From Octopus vulgaris (lineage: Eukaryota), in the NCBI GenBank assembly GCA_951406725.2, contig OX597822.1, positions 10,354,001 through 10,418,000 on the forward strand: a stretch of 64,000 bases of DNA. The letters are read 5' to 3'. The notes beneath the pieces are model-generated. The model searched no databases. It had not been told where the DNA came from and saw nothing but the letters and a program-made list of their open reading frames with translations. A program made the translations under genes and the position numbers. The first letter of the stretch is position 1, and every line of letters begins with the position of its first letter. Of the stretch, positions 41,769 through 56,739 are shown in pieces.

Positions 41769-42129
41769 ATTTTGTTGAATTTTCTGCTGCTTAAAATAAA
41801 GTATATATATATATATATATATTTGTAAAAAATGAAGTTTGAAAATGCTGCAATATTATACAATTTTAAATTTTTATATATACATTATAACATGTTTCAG
41901 TTCCTGAAATGAACCTTATCAAAAAAAGTTATATATAAAAAAATTTATATATAAAAAAAGACAGCTCATGCCGTCAAACACAAGAAATTCATTTACAATG
42001 TACAACGGAGTCAGACATCTTAAAGTTCAAATATAGTTTGAAGTAAGTTCATTCATGCTATATGTTCAAAGTGTTCGATGCATATATATATATATATATA
42101 TATAAACATAATAAATAATAGGGTAATAA

Positions 42130-43511
<1,382 letters not shown>

Positions 43512-43734
43512 AGTGGTTTTGAGTTCTGTTGTTCTGTACAATGTATTTATTCCCATCTTTGGAAGAGTCAAAGAATTAACGCTCCCTTGTTGCCCGTCTT
43601 TCTACCAATCGTTTCACTGCAAATTCCATCCAGGGAACTTAACAAAATTATTTTCTCCTCAGGAGATATTCGCAAGGCCTCAGATATACAATATTCCTAT
43701 TGTTTAATATGTGCCTCGACTTGAAATAAGCGAA

Positions 43735-43910
43735 CTAGGAGAAAGCTTAGCGGTATTTCGTCCACCTTAACTTTCTAGGTTGAAATGCCGCCGTGGTTTA
43801 CTTTACCTTCCATCCTTTCGAGGTCGATAGAATAAGTACCAGGTCGATTTAATCGACTTAGCCGCTTCGTCCCCAAATTACTGGCCTTGTGCCAAAATTT
43901 GAAACCAATA
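43735..43910 (+). mobile_element. SINE family A
   Basis: ccttccatcctttcgaggtcgatagaataagtacc core; ggccttgtgccaaaatttgaaac tail. Confidence 0.75.
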
Positions 43911-45119
43911 TATTCCTCCACTTGACTTCGACATTAGTCTATATTTACTACATAATAGGCAGCTTATTGGCAGTGTCGTTAAAGTATTTGATAAAATACC
44001 TCGCGGTAATTATCTTGCCTTTCAACGCCCTTATTTTCAAACCCCACCGAAGTCAGTTATGCTTTTCATTCTCTCGGGGCCTATAAATAAAGTATTAAGC
44101 CAGAAGGAAGTTTAAGAATGTCAAACTCTGTGCCTTTATGTATTCTTTCCTGTTCTTGGTGTTCCGAGCTCAAATCTTACCATAGCCTACTTCATAGCCA
44201 CCAGCCATGGTGGGAGGAGGGTACGCATGAAGAAGGCCTTAATACCATCAAATGGCCTTTGATGATTTTTGGATTCGATTTTATTGACAAAATTGGATGC
44301 AGATCTTTCTGGTGATGATTTACTCACTTCCACCCACCAATTATGAAGCCCGTGTGACGGGTCTTGGTGACTGCCCTACATCTCTTCTGATTAAACTGAG
44401 AAAAGGGAACATAATTACTCTATCTGAACTTGAAGCTGACTTTTAGGACATTAAGAAAAACAATTATAGTGGGCCGAAATATATCCATAATTTCACTACA
44501 AAGATCAGACACATTCCTAGTGAAATTACAAATGAATTTTCGGAAATCAATCCTTAATTTTTTGAAATGATCTTTCATCTCAAAATTATTTACAATTGCC
44601 GCGGGGTAATTGCTTTCCTTCTCAAAATGAGGAAGAAACACAATGATAAAAACATTAACTTCTTTGTATGCTACCCAGGTCAAGATATTATGTTGCGCTT
44701 CTCGTTGCTCTCAATGACGACTCTAGAATGTTTATGGGCGTGTGCTGTAAATGATATAACCATCATTCATGTAATTATGATTTTGTAAGATGCATAAAGC
44801 TTTCACAAATTGTTTTAGAGGTGAGGTTGCATGCAGACGCGGACACACTCTCGGCTTCCTCGCTCTAAAGCCAGTGAAACAACCATGATCAAATAGTTAA
44901 AGAGAAAAAGAATGAGAAATGGGACAAGGAGAGAGAGAGAGAAAGAGAGAGGGAGAAGTGAGAGAAGTACTATCAAGGTGAATCGAAGTGCTTTGTTTAA
45001 GAACACTTATCGATGCTTAATCCAGGAAATGAAATCACTACCTTATGATCATAAGCCACGTGCCCTAATCATTATGCCACCCATCTTCAGCGTATATAAA
45101 TAAATGGTACAGATCTATT

Positions 45120-45398
45120 CGGACATCAATGACCATGGAATTGCCCCTAGAAAGTTTCCTTCCGAGGCAAGGTTGTTTATGGAAGTCCAGCAGTCACCCA
45201 TACATGCCAGCCTCCCCTCTTCACGCCACCGATGTTATCCAATGGAAAGGCAAAGGCCGGTATGGCTTGCCACTAGGGATGTCACAACGTGAAATAAAGT
45301 GTCTTGCTCAAGAACACAACACAGCCTGGTCTGAGAATCGAACTCACTACCACAATATTGTGAGCCGGATGCTCAAACCACTGAGCCATGTGCCTTCA
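45120..45398 (-). mobile_element. tRNA-derived SINE (further family)
   Basis: Reverse-complement head gtgaaggcacatggctcagtggtttgagc...gagttcgattctc, then gtgttgtgttcttgagcaagacac; related head at 63192-63340 (+). Confidence 0.7.
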
Positions 45399-46279
45399 CT
45401 ATATATATACTGTAAACATTATTGTAGTCTGCTCTGATAAAAATTCTGGTATACTCCATAACAAGGGTGTCTTAAATTAATATGAAGTCATCATTGTTTA
45501 AAAAGCGCTAACCACATGTATTCTCATAAAGCTGCCTGTTTAAGACCACTACAATTGGGAAGTGGGTAGCTTTAGCCAAATCGACTAGTTTGTAAGAATC
45601 TGAAGTAGATTCATTACCAGTCTTCTGCTAACCGCCCACCTTTGTCCTGCAGTCGTACAAACAGTGACTTGTGAGATTTTATGAAGTGAGACAGCTTTGA
45701 GAAAACCTGCACCGGGTACTGGTGCTGAATATTCAATCAGGATTAGTATGAGCAGAAAATGAAAGAGAAAGTAGCTTCAGAATATTTTCAGTGAAAAAAA
45801 TCTTGCACAATTCTGTGACACGTAAATAGTCGAAATCCAATCTTAGAAGGAAAGCTTTTGTTTGCAAAATTTAGCTTCTAAGTTCCAAACAATATTTTAT
45901 TTCATTTAATCAATTACGAAATAAAACAGACGCAGAAATCTGGAAATTATAGAACGTATTTATCTACAGCTATAAATGAAGTGGAACTATATACTTAAAA
46001 AACATTTGATAATTCAGTTTCCTTTTTGCACTCCGTTATTGCCTTTAAATACATACGTTTATTTATTTACTTATTTATTTAGAGGTAAACAGTAATCGAT
46101 ACAAATTGCAGAGCGGATGCCTTTGAAACACATGACCACCGTTGCACTCCAAGTTTCTCAGACGGTATATTGTAATGAGTGACCAGGTGAAAAGTTTATA
46201 GATATACAGGCATGCTCGCGAATAGACGTCCTTACAAATAGAAATACACATGTTCTATACATATACCTGGTTCAGTAAT

Positions 46280-46475
46280 ATTCTTTTCTTCTCTAGGCAC
46301 AAGGCCTGAAATTTTGTGGGAGGGAGCCAGCCGATTAGATCGACTCCAGTACGCAACTGGTACTTAATTTATTGACCCTAAAAGGATGAAAGGCAAAGTC
46401 GACCTCGGCGGAATCTGACCTCAGAACGTAAAGCACTGGGCCCGGCGTTCTAAGGTTCTGCCAAATCGCCGCCTT
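46280..46475 (-). mobile_element. SINE family A monomer
   Basis: Core and tail match family A. Confidence 0.85.
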
Positions 46476-46499
46476 CCTTGTTCAGTAATATCAATGTGC

Positions 46500-46624
<125 letters not shown>

Positions 46625-47172
46625 GTGTGTATATATATATATACAGACAAATATATATATGTCTATATTACATATATGTTTGTGTGCGCGTGCGCTTGTG
46701 TGCTTGTGTGTATGCAAGTGTGAGTGTGAGTGTGCGTATGTATCCACACGCATGCAACAAATACATGTATACGTATATGAATTTATGTGTGCGCGTACGC
46801 GTATTTGTAAGAGAGAGAAAGAGAGAGAAGGAGAGAGAGAAAGAGGGAGAGAGAGCTGCGGAGAGAGTGCTTTTGTGTTTCTCTGCGAATGATAATAAAA
46901 TAATAATGATGAACGATAAATAGCTAGAAATTCCACATTAGCTGAACTGTTACACACACACATACACACACAGACACAAATAGACACACACTCATACATA
47001 CCAGCACAAAAAACTCACACAAGTATACACACATTCTATCTATCTATCTATCTACACAGCATACATATATAGATATTTATTATTTATTTCAAATTCACAA
47101 TACATATATTGATATTTATCTCTCACAAGATAGAGTAAGATTTTGTTGAATTTTAATCACGGATCAGTATAT

Positions 47173-47215
<43 letters not shown>

Positions 47216-47274
47216 GTGCGTGTAAATATCTACAAGAATGAGCATCTGTATATATCTATGTGTATGTTGACGTT

Positions 47275-47349
<75 letters not shown>

Positions 47350-47531
47350 GTATAAATAATTATATATGTATATGTATACATACTTATGTATAGATACTTA
47401 TACCTATATATGTATATATATATGCATGTGTGTGCGCATGCGTACGCATCTTGCGTGTGCGTGATGCGGGCTGCAAGATTCAATAGAAACACTATAATAT
47501 ACGCAGACGACATTTTGTATCAACATAAATA

Positions 47532-47629
<98 letters not shown>

Positions 47630-48230
47630 TACATAAGTATATATATATATGTGTGAATCTACGCATGTTTGGGAACCATTTTAATTTCAGAGATCATTTG
47701 GTTTCTATCTCCTCGTATACAGATAAACCCATTATTGTTAGACAAGATGTCTAACTAAAGGGCGTCAAATGAAATTTGTTACCCTTGAGATTTAGTTTTC
47801 TTTCTTATTTGTTACATTTTCGCTTTTCTTTTGATTTAGTCTTTGTCTTGGAATCAATAATAAGCTGAAATATGTCCTACTAAAAGATTGCTTTCTTTTT
47901 CTGTTTTTTTTTTCTCGTTTGTTATTTATTTTCTTTTTTTTAGTGCACATCTATTGCTTTCTGAATATAGGCGTTTCCAAACGTAATCCTATAATTTTCA
48001 CACACGCATGCACTCACAACCACGCACATACTTATATGTACATGCATATCTATCAATGTATGTATGTATGTATGTATGTATGTATGTATGTATGTATGTA
48101 TGTATCTATATATCTATCTATCTATCTATCTATCAATCGATCGAACTGTCTGTCTGCCTGTGTGTCTGTCTATCGCTCTCTCTCTATCTCTCTCTCTCTC
48201 TGTATATATATATATATAACATACAAAAAT

Positions 48231-48282
<52 letters not shown>

Positions 48283-48853
48283 CATAGAAATATTGTATAG
48301 ATATGTATATTTATATATGTATATTTAATATATATATATATATATATACACATACAAATATTTGTATGCAAAAAATTATGTGTATATGTATGTATATTTA
48401 TATGTTTATATGTATGAATGATTATATAACCATACACATACACAAACACATATTATTTCGTTTAACACATATATCATTTCGTTTTATCCACTCTACACAA
48501 TTTTCAACGTCAGAGAAACTGAATATATAACATTATGATTATAATTAAAATTTAATTAAAATTCATATATTTGAATTGAAATTTATTCAGACCCATACAG
48601 TGTGATTGCGTTTGAGTCAACTTTCATATGCCTCCGTCCATCATTCCTTCGACGTATAGTTATATATTCGTGTATATGTATATATGTGTATATGCGAATG
48701 CGTGTTCTTTTGTGATATTGCAAACGTTTACATGTTTCTATGTGTATATGTGTGTCATATCACCATGCATAAATACATATATTTATATATATACACACAC
48801 AACACACGTATATATATATATATATATATATATGCGCATGTGCTTCTGCATAT

Positions 48854-48910
<57 letters not shown>

Positions 48911-49789
48911 CGTATGTATGTATGTATGTATGTATATATGTATGTATGTTTGTATATATATGTATATATATACACACATACACATATATATATATATGTA
49001 TACATACATATATATACATATATACATACATACATATATATAATGTATATATATATATGTATATGTGTATCTCTATGTGCGTATGTGCATGTGTCCATGT
49101 GCGTTTTCGTGTGTGCGTGAATGTATACGTATGTATGAACATGTGCATGCGCTTGTGTGTGTGTGTGAGTGGGTTTCTGTGTGTGTGCGCGCGCATGTGC
49201 GTGTGTGTGCGTGTATGTGTGAGTGTGTTGTAAGTGAATACACATAAGTTGTGTTTCGAACGGCAACATGAGTGGGTGTGAGAATGCTATTAGAGTTTTA
49301 ATTGCCAGCTCTTGCGTTCATTTTGATGTATATGAGCGTATACTTGTCAGCATGATGGTCTATGTGTGCGTCAATGTGTATATATAAATATGAATGTCTA
49401 TATATTTGTATATATATGTATGTGTGTATGTGTATGTATGTATATTTGTATATGTAGGAGTGAAAGAGAGAGAGTAAGTGTGTGTGCGTGTGTGTGTGTG
49501 TGTGAGGGGAGAATGTGTAAGAAACTGCATATTATATAAGCAAGCAAATGCATTTTTGCTGAATTGCATAATTTGTTGTTAACTAGGAAGACCTGAGAAA
49601 TTATGTACGTATACGTACAAATACATGTATACATATATTTTTTTTTATGTGAATTATGCTTTGTACTGTAGAGTCCCGCGAAACCAATTTAAACATACCT
49701 AATTTAAACATACCTATTTTACATATACTTAAGGGTTTAAAAAAAATTAAAATATAGTTTATTGCATTGAACGTTGATAAAGTTATAAG

Positions 49790-49884
49790 GGCCTGATGAT
49801 TTGGGTGGCATCTTGAGGGGGGTTCCAGGAAAACACGGAGTGGTTTAAGAACCCGAGGATGTACCTCATGAAACACGTGTAGCC
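49790..49884 (+). ncRNA. Type-I hammerhead ribozyme motif with long stem II, within a Penelope-like fragment (~49640-49970)
   Basis: Stem I ggc/gcc; CTGATGA at 49793-49799; stem II gggtggcatctt/ggatgtacct and gggttc/gaaccc; GAAA at 49870-49873; palindromic stem III ACACGTGT; A17 at 49881; aataaa downstream. Confidence 0.75.
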
Positions 49885-50513
49885 AAGGAAAGAAACAGTA
49901 GGTATTTAAAATAAAAATATAATTTTTTTTTATTTGGTGAGATGAAGGGGTCTACTATCTCTAAATTAATACACACACACACACACACACATACACACAC
50001 ATACCCACACCCACCCACACACACATACACACATATATATATATATACACAGACCCATAGACACACACATCTATACATATAAATTCACACAGCCAGATCT
50101 TGAGACGAGCCAACATTGAGGCATGTGAGATACAGAAGGTCAATCGCGAAAGCAGTGCTTGTCGTCGCTATCAATGGAGGAAACAAGGGAAGGAAGAAAT
50201 CAGTATTTCAGAAAGAAAATTCATATTTCATATTGAACTCAAGCGAGCTTTTCGAAAATATTTGATCTACAATATCTACAGACCTGTATTTCTATCAAGA
50301 CCTCGGTTTATTAGTCACCAGCGAAGACACAAGTGTAAAGTTTACATTTGTCTGTGTGCCCAATACTGCTAATGCGCAGTGAAGGTCTTCCCTGGTCACG
50401 AGTAGGCAGCCATCTTGTATATGTATATAGAAATATAGATATATGCTTATATGTATAAGTAGATGCAAACATTAGCACAAACATAAAGCTTTATATATAT
50501 ATATATATTATAT

Positions 50514-50600
<87 letters not shown>

Positions 50601-50668
50601 GATAGATTGATAGATAGATAGATAAGTAGATGGATAGATAGATAGATACATAGATAGATAGGTAGATG

Positions 50669-50760
<92 letters not shown>

Positions 50761-50838
50761 TACATATGTAACTACATGTGGATCGTTAGATATTTTTTCT
50801 TCAGTCTTCCTTTTCTCTTCGACTTTCACCCGTCTCCT

Positions 50839-50873
50839 GTTTCTGACGAAGAGCTTAGCTCGAAACGTAAAAC
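50839..50873 (+). ncRNA. Minimal type-I hammerhead motif with intact core, within short element 50770-50968
   Basis: gttt-CTGACGA-A-gagc-tta-gctc-GAA-ACGT-A-aaac; stems I and II are perfect; stem III is only the palindrome ACGT. Confidence 0.7.
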
Positions 50874-50988
50874 TAACTTTCTTTTCTTCACTGAGAGTCT
50901 GTTAATACTTTGCATGTACCACATCCTCGCATTTTTTATTTTTTCTTATGCTTATCTTCGTTTTGTAGGGCAGATTCAATTTAGTTAG

Positions 50989-51022
<34 letters not shown>

Positions 51023-51284
51023 GCATGTTTTTATTTTATGTACAACTATTTGTGTGTCTATGTGCGTGTGTGTATGTATATATTGGCTGAAAGTTATAAA
51101 ATTAAATACATATTTGACAGACGTCTGCAAGCTTCTTCGATTGGGTACCGTTTTTTTTTTATTGCTGCCGAAAGGACGAAAGGCATATTTCGTCCCCACA
51201 TGATTTGGATTAAGAATACCTGATTTAATACCAAGAAACATTGTATTTAACGCTCAAATTTGTCTGCAAAGTTACCATCTATTA

Positions 51285-51590
51285 ATGACCCTGAAAAGAT
51301 AGGAGTCAAAGTCGACATCGGCGGAATTTGAGCTCAGAATGTAGAAACGGACAAACTGTCGCTAAACACTTTTTTTATTGCCCACGAGGGCTAGACATAG
51401 AGGGGACACACAAGGACAGACAAAGATATTAAGTCGATTACATCGACCTCAGTGCGTAACTGTTACTTATTTAATCGACCCCGAATGACTGAAAGGCAAA
51501 GTCGACCCCGGCGGAATTTGAACTCAGAACGTAACGGCAGACGAAATACCGCAAAGCATTTCGCTAGGCGCGCTAACTATTCTACCAACT
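51285..51590 (-). mobile_element. SINE family A, dimeric form
   Basis: Two cores plus the gggctagacatagaggggaca linker. Confidence 0.8.
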
Positions 51591-52439
51591 CCCTATCTTT
51601 CGCTATCTATTAATAGTGCGGGTGATATCTCTTCAAGCAATCGGGACTTATCGTTTGCAAGTATAATACAGGCTTCGAAAGTATTGTGCAGAAAGACCTG
51701 AACGACGCACAGTCGCCATATCTATTTATGATCCGGTCATTAGTGATTTTCGTCAGTATTGTCAGCACTGCTGATGACGGCCCATAATTAGATTCACTGC
51801 CATTTTCACACCATCTCCTGCATCATCACTCTTCTCTCGTTATCTCTCTCCTCATTATTCAAAAACGCTCTTCTGATTCCTTTTCTTCCTCTTCCTACTC
51901 CTCCCTTCTTCTCATACTGTTCCTCAATCGTTAATAACACTGGGATCCCCTTCTCTGTTCTAAGGCAACTGAAAATCGCTTATATCATATTTGCTATTAG
52001 GCTCAACATACGAAGATGCATTCTTTGGATCCTTTGACTTTCTCCGAACAACCCGCCCTTCCCACATACTCTAAAGCACAACACTCGCACATTCACACAC
52101 ACACATATACATAGAAATACGCATAAATTCAGAGACGTGCAAATAAATACACACACACACATGCACATGCACACACTCACACACTCCTTACCACAGCACA
52201 CAATCGTGTGTGTACATTGAAACACCTCAGGTTACTAACAGGCCCCTAATTGTAGTTCGCCCTCTTGACACTTGCTTGGATCGATCGTTTAAAAATAATT
52301 CTATCCAATTTATTCCCGATAAGCTGTTTGCTTTTGCCTGGCTCCGGTTCCGACTCTCATCGATGGCAACTGTGGACATTAGGACGTCTCATCTCCTTAC
52401 CCCCCCCCCCCATATACCTTCTTCACTTCTTCCACTCAC

Positions 52440-52650
52440 GATCATCACCATCATCATCATCATCATCATAATCATAATCATCACCATCATCATCACCATC
52501 ATCATCACCATCATCATCGTCATCATCACCATCATCATCATCATCATCATCCTCGTTGTCGTCGCTGCCATCATCACATAATTAGCACCGGCACTGTCAC
52601 CATTATCACAACCACCGCCATCCCAACCATCACCACCACTACTACTACCT

Positions 52651-52705
<55 letters not shown>

Positions 52706-53116
52706 CACCACCACTACTACTACTACTACCGCCGCCACCACCACCACCACCACCACTACTACTACTACTACCACCTCCACCACCACCACCACCACCACCA
52801 CTACTACTGCTACCACCACTACTGCTGCTGCTACTACTACTACTAATACTAATACTAATACTACTACTATTACTACTACAACCACCAGCAGTAGCACGAT
52901 CATCGCCAACATCATCCCCACGATCGCACCCCATCACTCCGCTTCTACATCCCCATCACCATCATCATCATAATAACATGAAACACCATCATCATCAGCA
53001 CCATCACAATTATCATCAACATCACCATCATTATTATAATCATCGCAACCATCATCATCATCTTCCGCGGCTGAAGCGGAAAATTTGTCATCCTGCTGCT
53101 ACTGTTGCTGCTGCTG

Positions 53117-53150
<34 letters not shown>
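52440..53150. repeat. (CAT)/(CTA)/(CCA) trinucleotide tract
   Basis: Direct inspection. Confidence 0.9.
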
Positions 53151-53152
<2 letters not shown>

Positions 53153-53199
53153 TATGATGTTGTTCGTTCTTCTCCCTCCCTCCCAATCTCTCTGTCACT

Positions 53200-53460
53200 C
53201 ATTTCTTTTTCTGCCTTGGTAATGAGTAATTCATTCACACCCTCTACGTGTGTCTGTGGTCAGCCAGCAGCGGCGCTGAAGTTGACACAGGAGTTCAATA
53301 ACAACGCTGCTAGGAGAAATCGGTAGCCGCCATTATGAAACACGGGTCGTAGCAACGAGCGCCAAGTGTTTGCGCATTGGCTACGATACTGTAAACAGCC
53401 AATCAACGTCTGATAAACAACTCTATTTTCATTTCACCAATCCTAACATAGATGTGTCAA
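53200..53460. promoter_or_regulatory. Candidate promoter or enhancer island, possibly for Pitx
   Basis: Non-repetitive, GC-richer; three CCAAT boxes (53376 reverse, 53399, 53437), YY1-like gccgccatt (53326), forkhead-like tgtaaaca and ataaacaa. Motif evidence only. Confidence 0.4.
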
Positions 53461-53642
53461 AATTAATAATTATATAGAAAGAAAGAAAGAAAGTAACAAA
53501 CAAATATACCCAAACACACACCGTCAAATGCATATGTGTAAATTTTTATCGTTTGTGCCCACTCCTAACTCACAAACGCATAAATACAACACAGATGCAT
53601 GTATGTGTATAAACACACACACATATATATATATATATACAT

Positions 53643-53677
<35 letters not shown>

Positions 53678-53702
53678 CATACATATATATATATATATAC
53701 AT

Positions 53703-53733
<31 letters not shown>

Positions 53734-53736
53734 CAT

Positions 53737-53783
<47 letters not shown>

Positions 53784-53865
53784 CACACATACATTTATAT
53801 GTGTGTGTATATATATATACTCATATACATACATGCATTATATATATATATATACATATATATAT

Positions 53866-53922
<57 letters not shown>

Positions 53923-54760
53923 TGTATATATACCTATATATGCGTCTACAAATATAGGTGTTATGCCTGTGTGTTGTGTGTGTATGTGTGTTGTGTATTG
54001 TGTGTGTGTGCGCGTGTGAGAAGGTTCAGTTTAAGTGTTTGTTCTGTCTATTGTCTGTGCAAAGAGATTGTCAATACATTGTCTGACGAGTTTCTGAGAG
54101 AGAGCACGTGAAACCCAGCACGTGAACTGGCAAATGGTAGTGAAGAAAGGAAATATTACTACGGTAACATCAAATAAACCAAACTAGCAGCCATTTTAAA
54201 CATATTTATATAATCGCTCTTCAGCTTCGTCCTCATTATTTGAGTCTGTCAGCCTCTTGCTATCTCTTTCACTTTTCTTTTCATATTTCCCTATCTTTAT
54301 CAATGGCTGTCTTTTACTCTTTCTAGCTCACTCGCTGTCTCTCCATTTCTGTTATTTTCTCTCACATCTCCTTCTCGTCAAACTTTCTCTACCACACTCT
54401 CCTTCTCACTTCTCTTTCTCTCACTATATATATATCTTCTAACCTAGCTCTCCCTTCCACACATACAGGCACACGACTTCTTACGTATATACAAATATAC
54501 ATGAGCAAACGCAATTTCTTTTTCTCGCTTATTTTGTGTCATCGTTGACATCCCTATCTCCCTTTCACTCTTTTCCTTTCATTCTAAACTCTTCTCTGTT
54601 AAATCCTCTCTTTGTCTCCGCCTGTCTATTAGTCTATCGGTCTTATCTTTAAGTCACAGTTTCCTTCACAGTAGTTAGCTCTCGAATATGTGTGATATTG
54701 TGTGAGTGTATGTATGAACGTATGTATGTATGTTTATATATATACGTATATATTTGTGTG

Positions 54761-54819
<59 letters not shown>

Positions 54820-54862
54820 CTCTCTCTCTCTCTCTCACTATATATCTATATCTATATCTATC

Positions 54863-54913
<51 letters not shown>

Positions 54914-54924
54914 GTATATATGTG

Positions 54925-54958
<34 letters not shown>

Positions 54959-55045
54959 TGTATGTATGTATATATATATATATATATATAGCCACAGATA
55001 ATTAGAGACATATAAATATACAAACACACACATATTCATCCGTTG

Positions 55046-55115
<70 letters not shown>

Positions 55116-55769
55116 TCAAAGTCCGCAACGCCAAGTGAGAGGAAAAAAGACACTAAAAAGGAGATAGAGTAAGCTAGAGAGACAAAAAGAATTGTAGCAG
55201 ACGACAAAGAAATGGCGAAAGGAGCTATTATTGACGTGTATGGAAGTGGAGGGGCGGCTTGTTTGGCAGCAACCGCCCCTCAGAAAATCAATGAGTTTTC
55301 ATCGCTACATCACCACATCACTGTATCAAACAGTGTCAAATATTTTGGTTTGTAACCAAGAATATTTTGAAGACTTGGAACGAAACTTGGCAATGGTTCT
55401 TGGCTACATCCAGCTGTGTGTAAGCTGCAAAGTTCCCGATCGGCAGCGTCGAAAGGAAATGTTTACAAATGGTTTATATACGCTACCGAAGGTCTTGAAG
55501 TGTTTATGTTTTCATATCCAAGCATCGCAAAACTTTCCATCATTCTCCTCTGTTGTTCATTCCTCGTTGGGAGTTATTTGTGTGGGGCGCGGCCACGTCT
55601 GCACGCGTGCAAACGTGTTGTCTTTATATGGGTGTGCATTTACATTCACATATTTGTGTGTATCTGATATACATACACGCTCTCACACGTGCACACACAC
55701 ACACACACGCATGCACACACGCACATACGCACTCACATATATATGCATATAAATATAAACCAAAACATG

Positions 55770-56185
55770 AGGCGCAGGAGTGGCTGTGTGGTTCGTAGCT
55801 TGCTAACCGACCACATGGTTCCAGGTTCAGTCCTACTGCGTGGCATCTTGGGCAAGTGTCTTCTGCTATCGCCTCGGGTCGACCAATGCCTTGTGAGTGG
55901 ATTTGGTTGACGGAAACTGAAAGAAGCCTGTCGTATATATGTATATGTATGTGTATGTGTGTTTGTGTGTCTGTGTTTGTCCCCCTAGCATTGCTTGACA
56001 ACCGATGCTGGTGTGTTTGCGTCTCCGTCACTTAACGGCTCTGCAAAAGAACCGATAGAATAAATACTGGGCTTACAAAGAATAAGTCCCGGGGTCGATT
56101 AGCTCGACTGAAGGCGGTGCTCCAGCATGGCCGCAGTCAAATGACTGAAATAAGTAAAAGAGTAAATGAGTGAAAAGAGTAAAGA
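55770..56185 (+). mobile_element. SINE family B, full length
   Basis: ggcgcaggagtggctgtgtgg head through to gactgaaataagtaaaagagtaaa tail. Confidence 0.92.
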
Positions 56186-56355
56186 GTCTATATATGATTC
56201 TGTTTGTTTTTTTTAATAATGATCAGCAAAATTTTCTGAGTGATTCATAGGCCGAGAGTTTCTTGCGTTGACACTTATCAAGTAATAAGTCTAAACACAC
56301 GAAACTCTCGCTTCTTGAGTCACTCAGTAACTTCTGTCACTTGTTAAGAAATGGA

Positions 56356-56386
<31 letters not shown>

Positions 56387-56673
56387 TTTATGTATGGTGT
56401 ATATTCATATTAACGACTATATAAATAAATGGAAGTATCTGTTCATAGACGTATGTATATATATGTATTATTCACGCATGCATATATATACATATATGTA
56501 TAAATTTATATATTTATATATGCATATATATATACATACATACATATATATATTGAGAGGTGGAGATATATATGTGTGTATTTGAAGAGTGCGTGCCTAA
56601 ATATATTTCTATATTTCGAAACTTCTATTTTTTCGATGCAGACACTCATATAGTAGCCTTATGTGTATATATT

Positions 56674-56711
<38 letters not shown>

Positions 56712-56739
56712 AGTACATATTGTATATATATCTCATCTC

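Larger units (their letters stand above)
41572..41803. mobile_element. Palindromic Penelope-like element with perfect 76-bp inverted arms and a hammerhead on each strand
   Basis: Arms 41644-41719 and 41726-41801 are exact reverse complements; a ~70-bp unpaired tail lies at 41572-41643; flanked by (TA)n. Confidence 0.85.

Noticed and set aside
45618-45725. Possible upstream Pitx exon (AG...GT bounded on the minus strand)
   Set aside because: The phase-1 frame needed to join the homeobox exon contains a TAG.
49838-49858. EWFKNPR resembling homeodomain helix 3 (VWFKNRR)
   Set aside because: Wrong strand and wrong side for Pitx, lacks RRAKWR, and lies inside the hammerhead stem II.
54083-54125. 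Hammerhead-like CTGACGA...GAAA (also 22479 and 58490-58535 on the minus strand)
   Set aside because: Stems I and III cannot be formed.
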